A stretch of 32,000 nt of DNA from the NCBI GenBank assembly GCA_964589775.1, contig CAZPUN010000021.1, forward strand, positions 1 through 32,000, written 5' to 3'. This stretch comes from an uncultured archaeon (GTDB taxonomy: Archaea > Asgardarchaeota > Thorarchaeia > Thorarchaeales > CAZPUN01). Shown here piece by piece: positions 17,844 through 27,125 of this stretch. The number at the start of each line of letters is the position of its first letter. The first letter of the stretch is position 1. Made by a program: the position numbers and the translations under genes. Under the pieces are notes generated by a model. That model worked only from the letters and a program-made list of their open reading frames with translations, did not search any database and was not told the origin of the DNA.

Positions 17844-18548
17844 TTGATTATACGAAGTGATCCACCCGATATGAGTCTCTTAGTTGAGCGATTAATAAAA
17901 TATGCATATCCTGAATTGCGCACTCGAGATTTTATTATCTTATGGCGAAATATAAATGCAATTGCAGATATCACATGGGCGAAATGGGGTGGCGAAGTTC
18001 GAATAAGATTACATCCTATAGTGAAATCTTTTAACGACCCAATGTTAATTGGAACATTTGCACATGAACTAAGCCATGTAGCTCTAAAAGAAAATAACTC
18101 CGATGAATGGGAAACCGACTTTGATGTTGTAAAGCGTGGTCTAGGTCCATACCTTGCAATTGAGCGCGCATCTACTGGAATTTATTATGATCAACCTGCG
18201 CGTGGTAAATCTAAACCATATATGGGATTCTACACTATAATGGGATTACTGTCTGAAGATAGTAAGAAAAATACAGAACGCCTTGCAAAATTAATAAACC
18301 TTGATATTGCTCGTGAATTACCTCTCATTAGTACCAAGTCGATGCCAATGTCACACGATACTCTTTATCAAAAATTTGATAATGAATACGTTCTATCAAT
18401 AGATGGGGAAGAAATCTTACTTGATGCGGAGTATGATGAAAATAGCGACATAAATATTGAGATCCGTAATGGTGAGATTGTTGTATTCATTGATGGGAAG
18501 CCTGCAAAGATAAAGAAAATCAATCACTCTTCTTTGCAAAACATCTGA
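17844..18548 (+). CDS. Putative zincin-like metallopeptidase (HExxH)
   Basis: FAHELSHV followed by a candidate third ligand in EWETD; no signal peptide. The start could be ATG 17871. Confidence 0.65.
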   Translation: MIIRSDPPDMSLLVERLIKYAYPELRTRDFIILWRNINAIADITWAKWGGEVRIRLHPIVKSFNDPMLIGTFAHELSHVALKENNSDEWETDFDVVKRGLGPYLAIERASTGIYYDQPARGKSKPYMGFYTIMGLLSEDSKKNTERLAKLINLDIARELPLISTKSMPMSHDTLYQKFDNEYVLSIDGEEILLDAEYDENSDINIEIRNGEIVVFIDGKPAKIKKINHSSLQNI

Positions 18549-19290
18549 TAAATTTGTTAACGGATGCTTTGTATCCTTCATTAGAAATAGCTGAAATTTC
18601 AATATTTATTTTTGTACTAGTTTTTGTGTCTGGCAGCTTTAATGGAAAGACAAGTTCTTCAGTATCAAATGCCATAAGATCTAAGTTTCTTTCTATGAAC
18701 AGTAATATCTTATCAGATGAACTTCTCACTGTAAATTTAATTAAAACTGATAATGGATAACTCGAATAATTCATAATTTTTACAGGAATATTCAATAACG
18801 TCCCTGAATATGTAATTGAAGGTATATTCTCAATAAGTAATTTTAAGGGGCTCCTGGTTCTTTCAATTGATGTTTGAGCCATACTCAATAGTGATTTTGT
18901 TTCTTCTGCAATTTGGTTATCGCCATAAGATTCTGAGATAATACATGCATTTGAACAATATATTGAGCCATTATGTATAACCCAACAGGAGCTACATACA
19001 ATTTTACCACATATTTTACAACTTCCAATTAATTGTGGGGGCTCAAATTTTGTACTTGTGTATTTCTTGGCATGAGCTTTGCAGAATCCTCTACCGCAAA
19101 CTGAGCATTTTATCTCAGCAGGTGCTCCACAAATTTTGCAGACGTCTTGGGACTCTTTCTCGCCGGGTTCTGCGTGTTCTATCTTATAGTAGATTGAGTC
19201 TGGGCATTTTGGATTTATACAAGGTCCCACACCCTTATAGGCGCCACATGTCGGGCAAAACGGTTCAAGCATTTCTTTTCGTTTGGTCAT
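18520..19290 (-). CDS. Multi-zinc-finger (B-box/AN1-like) protein with C-terminal Ig-like domain
   Basis: CPTC..CINPKC; CKIC-x7-CSVC-x4-CKAH; CKIC..CSSC..YCSNAC; then a beta-rich segment 'SGTLLNIPVKIMN...'. Confidence 0.75.
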   Translation of the reverse strand: MTKRKEMLEPFCPTCGAYKGVGPCINPKCPDSIYYKIEHAEPGEKESQDVCKICGAPAEIKCSVCGRGFCKAHAKKYTSTKFEPPQLIGSCKICGKIVCSSCWVIHNGSIYCSNACIISESYGDNQIAEETKSLLSMAQTSIERTRSPLKLLIENIPSITYSGTLLNIPVKIMNYSSYPLSVLIKFTVRSSSDKILLFIERNLDLMAFDTEELVFPLKLPDTKTSTKINIEISAISNEGYKASVNKFIRCFAKKSD

Positions 19291-19460
19291 CCATCATCAT
19301 AATTATATATATATTCAAAAATATATAGTCCTTTTCAAAAGGGATTTTATTACCCTAGCTATACATTAAAATAGATTTAGAGCAATATAAGAATTATAAG
19401 TAATGTCTTCTATATAGATTATTGGGAGTATGTCATTAAAATTAAGAGAGGCCTAATAAA

Positions 19461-21878
19461 TTGTCCAAAGAGTTCCTTATTCCTCCAATCGCAACAGAAA
19501 AGGTTGCTATTTCGGGTTCTGAACCAATTGAACAATCTCTTCCAGATGATATCATAATCGCTGCTGCTTTATATGATGCATGGAATACGAAGGATGGAGA
19601 GCCCGTATTTTTAATTGAAGCTTTTTTGAAGATATTAGTTGCATCATCTCCTGAAGAAGAAAAAAGTATATTAATTGAAAATTTATCGTTGATCACGTCT
19701 CCAATATCCATTTATCAAATTGAGAATATAGAAAATATAATTGAAAAGATACGTGATGTTAAGAGAATTGAAGATTTGATGGAACTTATTAAAGATATTG
19801 AAAAACAACTGGGTAAGAATAAGAAGCAAAATATAACGATTCCCGGTTTACTTGCAGGGAAATTTTTGAAAGAGATCGGTCAATATATATCAATTTCTCG
19901 GCCTCAGAAACTTAAGGAATATTATACAGTTTTTCCAGACTTTGGTGGTATTAATGTTCATGAGACCGCACGACTTGTTCGTGAATCTTATGATAAATCT
20001 ATGAAGGCATTAAAAGCATATCGACTTGCATTAGAAGCTCTTGATATTAAACCAAAAGAATTGTTAGAACCTGAACGTAAGCGTATCAGTCGGGATATTG
20101 AGCGATTAAGAGTTCGTATTGAACAGTTACAAAAACGTATTAATGAACTGAATTACAATTTGAATAAAGGCTTAAAAATGCGAGAGGAAATGCTACGAGC
20201 ACGTCTGGAACAAAAGATAGAAGCGTTTGATTTTTCAAAATTAGAAATTAAACGAATGAAAATGGAACTTGAAGATGAAATTGAATCTCTGCGTAAAGAG
20301 TATGAAGATGAATTAGAAAAAAAGAATCGTGCAATAGCGAAGGACAAGGAACGATTAGAAAAACTCGAGAAAATACAAAAGGATTTGGATAAATTTTCAA
20401 AGAAAGAACTTGATAAAATCAAGAAAAAGATTGAAAATGTAATTTCTGAAATTTCACATTATATCGATAAACTCGAAGACGAAGTTATGGTAAATGCAGG
20501 TAGTCTCAGTAATGGTAAAGATACATATGTTTTAATACCATTTTTGATTTTTGGATTGCAGAAAGGCAGTAAGAAAAAAATAAAGTTGATTGGGCCATCG
20601 CAATTAGTAAAAGAGAAATCCAAGGATCATACGCTATTAGAACCGAGAAATGAATCTCTTCAACATTTACAAAATATGATTGAAGAGCGAATTGAGATTG
20701 ATACGTCATTACGAAGTTTTATCTATGATGAAGCTGATTTACGAAATGCATTTGCATTGGAAGAACCGCGTAAATTTATTTTGCGTGGTTTAATTAAACT
20801 TGTGTCTGATGGTTTTGTCAAACGTAATGACATCAAACGAATTGTTTCAAAAATTGAATCTTTCGAATTAATAGAAAGTCCAGAAATAATTGAAATAACT
20901 GATACAACGGACTTGGGTGAAGCGATCTCTCCTGAAGTTACAATTGAAGACGGCGGGAAAGGTTATGGCTCAGTACGAATTTTTGTTACAGATTCTGAGG
21001 GCAAGCGAATTCCTGAAGCCGTTTTAACATTAAATCGCAAAGAATATACTGCAGACAAGCGTGGTATAATCAACCTTTCATTAAAATCTGGTAAAAAGCG
21101 CGGTATTATTAAAGCTGAAGGATTTTACGATAAGAAAATTGTATTTCCTGTTAAAAATGATGCTTCAATATCTTTGCAAGTTAAACTTGATCCTATTCCT
21201 CCTGAAGAAATGTTGGCAAAACGAATCGATGAAATTACAAAGAAAGCTGAACGTACTGAAAAATTGTGGGAGAAATTACAGAAAGCCTTTGAAAAACATG
21301 GTGATGCAATTCTTCGTAATCCAAAATATCTCAGTGTTCTTGAAGAAATGCTTTCGGAAATGGGCATATCCCCAGAAGCATGGATTGCTGAAGCGAGTAA
21401 AACTCCAGACATGGTCTCGCGTTTATTCAAGAAAGGTCCATATTATGAAGGTCTTAGACGCGATATAATTTCTCTAATTGACACGTCCAAAGAATCCGGT
21501 GGAATTCTTGCATTATCTGAAGTCATTATGATATTGTCTAAAAAAGGTTGGAAAATATCTCCCGATGAAATTATAAAAACTATTGAAGATCTATCTAAGC
21601 AAGGATTAATTGGAGGAATTTCTGTACTGGATAATGGAATTAAAGTTGTACATTTCGTTCCCGTAGAAATGACGAAAGATCCACAGACAGTCATGTCTGT
21701 TGCTGCTAAACATAAAGGTAAAATTACACTTGAAACAGTAATTCTAGAACTTGGTTGGACTGAAGAGCGCGCAGAACGTGCATTGGAAAGCCTAGTTAAT
21801 GCCGGTATTGCAAAGGTTCAGAAAACCTATTCTCGAAGTTATATTTATTGGTTCCCAAGCTTAATGGAGAAGAAATAA
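19461..21878 (+). CDS. Large coiled-coil + beta-sandwich + ESCRT-II Vps22/SNF8 (EAP30)-like fusion protein
   Basis: The C-terminal ~220 aa (KHGDAILRNPKY...EMGISP...YYEGL...GGILALSE...ISPDEIIKTI...VPVEMTKD...LGWTEERAERALESLVNAG...YWFPSL) align motif by motif with eukaryotic SNF8/Vps22 as recalled. Confidence 0.88.
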   Translation: MSKEFLIPPIATEKVAISGSEPIEQSLPDDIIIAAALYDAWNTKDGEPVFLIEAFLKILVASSPEEEKSILIENLSLITSPISIYQIENIENIIEKIRDVKRIEDLMELIKDIEKQLGKNKKQNITIPGLLAGKFLKEIGQYISISRPQKLKEYYTVFPDFGGINVHETARLVRESYDKSMKALKAYRLALEALDIKPKELLEPERKRISRDIERLRVRIEQLQKRINELNYNLNKGLKMREEMLRARLEQKIEAFDFSKLEIKRMKMELEDEIESLRKEYEDELEKKNRAIAKDKERLEKLEKIQKDLDKFSKKELDKIKKKIENVISEISHYIDKLEDEVMVNAGSLSNGKDTYVLIPFLIFGLQKGSKKKIKLIGPSQLVKEKSKDHTLLEPRNESLQHLQNMIEERIEIDTSLRSFIYDEADLRNAFALEEPRKFILRGLIKLVSDGFVKRNDIKRIVSKIESFELIESPEIIEITDTTDLGEAISPEVTIEDGGKGYGSVRIFVTDSEGKRIPEAVLTLNRKEYTADKRGIINLSLKSGKKRGIIKAEGFYDKKIVFPVKNDASISLQVKLDPIPPEEMLAKRIDEITKKAERTEKLWEKLQKAFEKHGDAILRNPKYLSVLEEMLSEMGISPEAWIAEASKTPDMVSRLFKKGPYYEGLRRDIISLIDTSKESGGILALSEVIMILSKKGWKISPDEIIKTIEDLSKQGLIGGISVLDNGIKVVHFVPVEMTKDPQTVMSVAAKHKGKITLETVILELGWTEERAERALESLVNAGIAKVQKTYSRSYIYWFPSLMEKK

Positions 21879-21880
21879 AA

Positions 21881-22555
21881 ATGTCTTCAATTGCAAAAAA
21901 GTTCGGAAAATTAGAAAAGCAACTTCAAAAATTAAACATTACATTAGATCGCCTGATTGAGGATGTAAAACAAGTACAGGAAGCAAGTTCGAAAATTGAT
22001 TATGCAACATCACTTAATTATTTGAAAAACCTTGGTGAAGTATTACTAACGGGTACATCGCCATTCTATATTATCATCCAGCAGTTTTCAACTAAAGAAT
22101 ATAAGAATGTTGTGAAAGTTTTCACCGATAGCGACATATTTAATGTGATTGCAATCAACAATCCTTCTGAAGACTATATCTCAAATCATAATATACTAAG
22201 TGTCATAATTGCCGATTCACAAAAATTCGGAGAATCTATAATTCCGACCATAATTAATTTGCGTTTTTCAGCATTTCCTTCCTTCTATGATGATACAACT
22301 GTATTCATAGGAAACCGATATCTTCATGATACAAAAGGAGTATTAGAAAAATTATTCACAAAATTAGAAAATAAAGGATTTACCGTCTTGTATGATGAAA
22401 AGGATTTTGGCGGCGGTCCTTTTGTTTATCAAGCGATCAACCAATTCGGTCCGGTTCCACGAGTTTCGATATTTGAAATAACGGTGTCTGAAAAATTAAT
22501 AAACATGGTTGATAAGCTTGAATCTATCTATAAGGTGTTTGTTACTGTAATGTAA
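21881..22555 (+). CDS. Coiled-coil + alpha/beta domain resembling a degenerate N-formylglutamate amidohydrolase fold
   Basis: ATG 2 bp after the upstream stop; VFIGNRY...LENKGFTV...FGGG...IFEITVSEKL pattern. The CDS is secure; the product is tentative. Confidence 0.55.
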   Translation: MSSIAKKFGKLEKQLQKLNITLDRLIEDVKQVQEASSKIDYATSLNYLKNLGEVLLTGTSPFYIIIQQFSTKEYKNVVKVFTDSDIFNVIAINNPSEDYISNHNILSVIIADSQKFGESIIPTIINLRFSAFPSFYDDTTVFIGNRYLHDTKGVLEKLFTKLENKGFTVLYDEKDFGGGPFVYQAINQFGPVPRVSIFEITVSEKLINMVDKLESIYKVFVTVM

Positions 22556-22569
22556 AGGGTGTATGCTAA

Positions 22570-25500
22570 TTGAAATTGACTCGCCTTCCATATACTCATG
22601 GTATTGAAGTAGAGCTTCAAGTGCTTAATGATGATGGAACCTGGATTAGTGGCGAGGCTATAGTGGATATTTTTAATGATATAATTACCCGCGCGAAAGA
22701 AATAATTGAAGAATCCGCAGCTAAATCTGAAGTTTCCGTTATACATGAACGTTTTTTGGGATTGAAAATTGTTGAGAAAGACCCTAAAAAAGGTACAAAA
22801 ATTGTTGTCAAATATAAGTTGAAAGATGGTCGTGTAAAAGAATTTGATATAATGTCCCGTGACCCCCATATTGCTACAGTAACATATATCTTAGAAGTGG
22901 TTACACCTCCGTGTGACTATCTGGAAGAACTTGCATGGTGGATTCACATTCTAGTTTCCTCGGCTGAAAAATCGCTTCCCGCAGAAAAAGGAGTTATTCT
23001 AGTCTCAACGGGTTTGAATCCTACAGTGGATTATTTTAAAGGATTATCATTTGGTGAGCATCACCATATTTTAGGCCCAGAAGTGCCAAGCGAGGAAAAA
23101 TTAGCTGTGTATAATTTACTTCGTAATTTCATACCCCATATTATTGCGCTAACGGTAAACTCCCCTATTGTGAACGGAAAACCAACTGATGAAATACGTG
23201 AGTTACCTGATGGTAGAATAAGAGCTCCCCGTTGTATTCGCAGTATTCGACTCCAAATGAATTGTGCTCAGCTCGGTCCATGTTCTGATCGCGAATACAT
23301 TCCATACATGATTAGAGCATCTCCTGATGAGTTTGCTCTTAATGTCAACAGAGACCCACCGCGTATGGTTGATATGTATCCATTTACGGATTATGGAACC
23401 ATAGAACTAAGATGTGTTGACACTCAGCTTAGTATTCCCCGGAGAATTGGAATAGCTGCTATAATCCAAGCAATAGCATTAAAAGCGTCTAAATTATATA
23501 AGGCAGGACGACAAATTCCAGATGTGGGTAAAAAGTCAATCGTTCAAAATCGTGAGCGTGCAGTTTCAGCTGGATTGTGGGGACGATTCGAAAAACCTGA
23601 AGGTTTAGAAAAAATTGATCCTGAATTTGCAGCGTACTATTCATACAAGATCGGTCCCGATGGTCGTCCTGATATTTCAAAAGTAAATCGATATCTTTCT
23701 GATGCTGTAGAAGGTCTAATTGCGTATATTAAGGAAGAATTAGATGAACTCGAATTAATTGATAATGAATTTATGCAACCTTTATTTGTATCTATATTTG
23801 GTAGCTCTACAATTGAGCCTCGTACTACCACAGCGGATTATCAACTTATTGAATATTATTCCACCGGAAATAATGTATCTGCATTATTAAGAAAGCTTGT
23901 GAATATAACCGAAGATTGCTCTACTAATTGGTTATATGATCCCTTATCTGGAACACCAGATTTACCCGGATGGCTCAAATGGTGGACCGAAATTAATGTG
24001 GATATAAAACTTCTTTCGCCCACAGTATTTAGTGGGAATGATGTTAATTTTGTTGTTGAAATAAAAAATGGGAGTACCATAACATTACCAAATGTTGTTA
24101 TATCAATCTCCGTATTAAATGGTGAAAAAGAACAGGTATTTGCCGATACAATTCCGATTGGAAATATACATGCTGGTGATGTTATTCCCGTAGAGCGAGT
24201 TTTTAGCACACTTGATGGTTCTTCGTCATACGTAATACTTGCTGTTGCAAAAATTGGTACTAGGGAAATAAAGTTTCAGAAGTCGTTAAACACATATCGT
24301 GTCAAATCTACTATTAATGTGTTGGTTGACCATATTATTCCTCAATCCAAGACGTCCATTCCTTTCAAAGCTAGCATCTGGACAAATTATCCTGAAGACC
24401 AAGAAATTTCAGCCGAAGTATTATGTGTAAGTTCCAATGGGGAAGTTCTTGCAAAAGGCCAGTACAATTTTATACTTCCTAAAGAAGAAAAGAAGGTATT
24501 CAATCAAGAAAACTTTGAAAATATTATTATATCTCCAGAAGATGCAATTGGTCTTAAAAGATGCCATTTGGAACTGATTGTGAAAAATAAGTCTGGGCAT
24601 GTTTTGACAAAATCAATATCTAATAAATTCTATATTAGTTTTAGAGGCCCACAATTTGAAGTATCCTATGATATGCCTTCAACTATTAGTAATCCCGACA
24701 TTGAAAAAGTATCTGTTTCCCTAAGAATTAATTCATCAAGCATGATTAATCCTCATGATGTTGAAGCTTCCGTATTTTATTCTGTTGGACACTCATCAAA
24801 AATTCTAATTGGTAATTACAAGATCTTTGAAATTCCTGAATCTATTTCTGTTGAAATTCCAATACCTAAATATGAGGATAATTTCGAAATTTATTTTCAT
24901 ACAACTATTAAGTATAAAGGACATAAAATTACAACTATAAAAAGCCCGCCTCTATTAATTTCGAAATCGCAAGCAGTTCAAATTGAAAATATATTTGCCC
25001 CTGAAACCGTTTTTAAAAATTCGAAATTTAATGTGGGTGTAAAATTAAGATTTCCTTCAGACAAAACCGAAACTGTCAATTTAATCCTTGGTATTAGAAC
25101 TCCTACCGGTGCTGATGTGGTTCTCTCACAAAATAAGATCGCAAATAGTGGGGAAATTTACGTACCATTAGGACCATTCACTCCCTGGGGCATATTATCT
25201 GATTATGATTATTTCATGCTTTATGTGGCATTAGAGCAAAAGAATAAAATAATTGATATCAAGCAAAAGAAGGTTGAAATCACACATCTTAAAGAAATGA
25301 ATATTGATGTTGTATTTGGGAAAGTTGAAACAAATGTAACTGTTGGCTCAGATTTATCATGCTTGATTTTATTGAAAAACACAACGGACCAAGTATCCAA
25401 TCTGGTAGTTCATTATAAGATCTACGAACTATCTGGAAAACAGATTAATAGTGATTCTCATAAAATCGTTCTTGAAGAATATGGTGAAAAATATCTTCCA

Positions 25501-25989
25501 CTAAATATACCCATCCCTGTTTTTATCAAGCCGGGTAAATACAATCTAAATATTTATGTTGAAACTGAAGGCGCAATCATTAGTTCCTATATGACTTCAT
25601 TTAATGTTCTTGATATGACTGGCGAAGCTGTAACCATAAAGTTTAGATTCGAAAGTCTTAGAGGTGAGCCATATTCTTCACTTCTTCCGTCAGGAAAATT
25701 GATACATATTTTTGTTGATGTCCTATCGCAAATATCGCTAAAAGGTCGTATTTCTTTAGACCTTCTTCTTAGATCTGGTCGTACAATAGTCGATACCCTT
25801 AGCATTGAACTAAAACCTATGAATGCAGGGGATCAAATAACTATTGGACCCTTAGATTGGACCGTGCCATATACGGAAGATACCACTACATATATGTTTG
25901 AACCCGTCTTGAGAGTAAATAATAATAGACTTTCGCCCCAACTCATAAATATTGAGAATAACCAAATTAGAGTATTTAGTGCAATATAA
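22570..25989 (+). CDS. GCS2/YbdK-family carboxylate-amine ligase fused to tandem Ig-like domains
   Basis: GIEVELQ, LEVVTPPC, STGLNP, FGEHHHI, IIALTVNSP, RSIR, YGTIELRCVDTQ in the first ~470 aa; the remaining ~670 aa are beta-rich CARDB/Ig-like repeats. Confidence 0.88.
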   Translation: MKLTRLPYTHGIEVELQVLNDDGTWISGEAIVDIFNDIITRAKEIIEESAAKSEVSVIHERFLGLKIVEKDPKKGTKIVVKYKLKDGRVKEFDIMSRDPHIATVTYILEVVTPPCDYLEELAWWIHILVSSAEKSLPAEKGVILVSTGLNPTVDYFKGLSFGEHHHILGPEVPSEEKLAVYNLLRNFIPHIIALTVNSPIVNGKPTDEIRELPDGRIRAPRCIRSIRLQMNCAQLGPCSDREYIPYMIRASPDEFALNVNRDPPRMVDMYPFTDYGTIELRCVDTQLSIPRRIGIAAIIQAIALKASKLYKAGRQIPDVGKKSIVQNRERAVSAGLWGRFEKPEGLEKIDPEFAAYYSYKIGPDGRPDISKVNRYLSDAVEGLIAYIKEELDELELIDNEFMQPLFVSIFGSSTIEPRTTTADYQLIEYYSTGNNVSALLRKLVNITEDCSTNWLYDPLSGTPDLPGWLKWWTEINVDIKLLSPTVFSGNDVNFVVEIKNGSTITLPNVVISISVLNGEKEQVFADTIPIGNIHAGDVIPVERVFSTLDGSSSYVILAVAKIGTREIKFQKSLNTYRVKSTINVLVDHIIPQSKTSIPFKASIWTNYPEDQEISAEVLCVSSNGEVLAKGQYNFILPKEEKKVFNQENFENIIISPEDAIGLKRCHLELIVKNKSGHVLTKSISNKFYISFRGPQFEVSYDMPSTISNPDIEKVSVSLRINSSSMINPHDVEASVFYSVGHSSKILIGNYKIFEIPESISVEIPIPKYEDNFEIYFHTTIKYKGHKITTIKSPPLLISKSQAVQIENIFAPETVFKNSKFNVGVKLRFPSDKTETVNLILGIRTPTGADVVLSQNKIANSGEIYVPLGPFTPWGILSDYDYFMLYVALEQKNKIIDIKQKKVEITHLKEMNIDVVFGKVETNVTVGSDLSCLILLKNTTDQVSNLVVHYKIYELSGKQINSDSHKIVLEEYGEKYLPLNIPIPVFIKPGKYNLNIYVETEGAIISSYMTSFNVLDMTGEAVTIKFRFESLRGEPYSSLLPSGKLIHIFVDVLSQISLKGRISLDLLLRSGRTIVDTLSIELKPMNAGDQITIGPLDWTVPYTEDTTTYMFEPVLRVNNNRLSPQLINIENNQIRVFSAI

Positions 25990-26226
25990 TTGTAAAATTT
26001 GGTATTTTTTGGGGTGGTCTTTTGTATTATATTTTTATCAAACAACAATTAACGAATTTAGTATGTATTTTTCGACAATTATCGATTATTTTTTCATTCA
26101 TGTAGTAACCCTTAAATGTAATTACTTTGAAACTAGCTATTGTTAAGTGTCAGTCAGTAGTCGCAGTTATAATGATAGTTGTACAGAATCATGACACTTG
26201 CCAAATAATATGGAGATGTGAATGAT

Positions 26227-27120
26227 ATGTTTGAACTGTTGAATCATACATTAACTATAGGCATCATCGTAGTCAGCTTCCTTGCGGTAGTGTCATATAA
26301 GCTTCGGTTCGTTGACTTCTCAGGACTTGTCTCAGCTTACATAATCGGCATAATCGTATGGTATACTGGTGGTCCTGGTGCATTTGCATTACTGTTATTC
26401 TTCTTAGTGAGTGCCAGTATTGCTACAAAATACAAGTACAAAGCAAAAGAGGCTGCGGGCGTTGCTCAGGAAGGCAAAGGCATGCGAAATTGGAAAAACG
26501 TGATCTATAGTGGTCTTATTCCGACTTTATTCTCCATAGGTGGATACCTAGCACCCAATTTTGGACTTGACTCACTTATATTCACATATGGCTTTATAGG
26601 CGCCGTTGCAACTACGACTGCAGACACTTTAGCAAGTGAAATTGGTGTATTTAGTCAATCAAAACCAAGATTGATTACAAATCTACGCCGTAAAGTTCCA
26701 CGAGGAACTATTGGTGCAGTATCTTCATTAGGTGAATATGTTGCATTATTCAGCAGTCTTGCTGTTGGCATTTTAGCCTATATTTTTGCTATTCTTGGAA
26801 TTATACCTGTAAATAATTCAATAGTTGTAATCATTATAGCTACCGTGGCTGGTTTTATTGGTTGTAATACTGATAGTCTCATAGGGGCTGTCTTTCAAGC
26901 AAAATACCAATGCACAGTCTGTGGTAAAATAACCGATAAAACTCTTCATTGTGGAAAGCCAACCGTGTATCGTCGTGGATTTAAACGTGTAGATAATACT
27001 GTTGTAAACTTTACATCATCTACTCTCGGCGCAACAATTGCAATTATTCTTGTAACTGGTCTGTTGATCTATCTCTTAAGTGCTTTATTCCTATGGCTCG
27101 TTGCTACATCTGGAGATTAA
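26227..27120 (+). CDS. DUF92/TMEM19-family membrane protein
   Basis: ATKYK...K, RNWKNV, ADTLASEIG, PRLIT..R.VP.GT.GAVS..G, DSLIGAVFQ, Zn-ribbon insert CTVCG...HCG, DN..VNF. Confidence 0.92.
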   Translation: MFELLNHTLTIGIIVVSFLAVVSYKLRFVDFSGLVSAYIIGIIVWYTGGPGAFALLLFFLVSASIATKYKYKAKEAAGVAQEGKGMRNWKNVIYSGLIPTLFSIGGYLAPNFGLDSLIFTYGFIGAVATTTADTLASEIGVFSQSKPRLITNLRRKVPRGTIGAVSSLGEYVALFSSLAVGILAYIFAILGIIPVNNSIVVIIIATVAGFIGCNTDSLIGAVFQAKYQCTVCGKITDKTLHCGKPTVYRRGFKRVDNTVVNFTSSTLGATIAIILVTGLLIYLLSALFLWLVATSGD

Positions 27121-27125
27121 AAGGA

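Noticed and set aside
19461-21878. Call as SMC/Rad50 ATPase
   Set aside because: Has a coiled coil but no Walker A/B or ABC signature.
22570-23985. Call as gshA or pafA
   Set aside because: Family motifs alone do not fix the substrate; no Pup-like gene or glutathione synthetase is nearby.
25952-26146. 64-aa plus-strand ORF after the ligase
   Set aside because: Overlaps the ligase 3' end and a T-rich terminator-like region; no RBS or motif.
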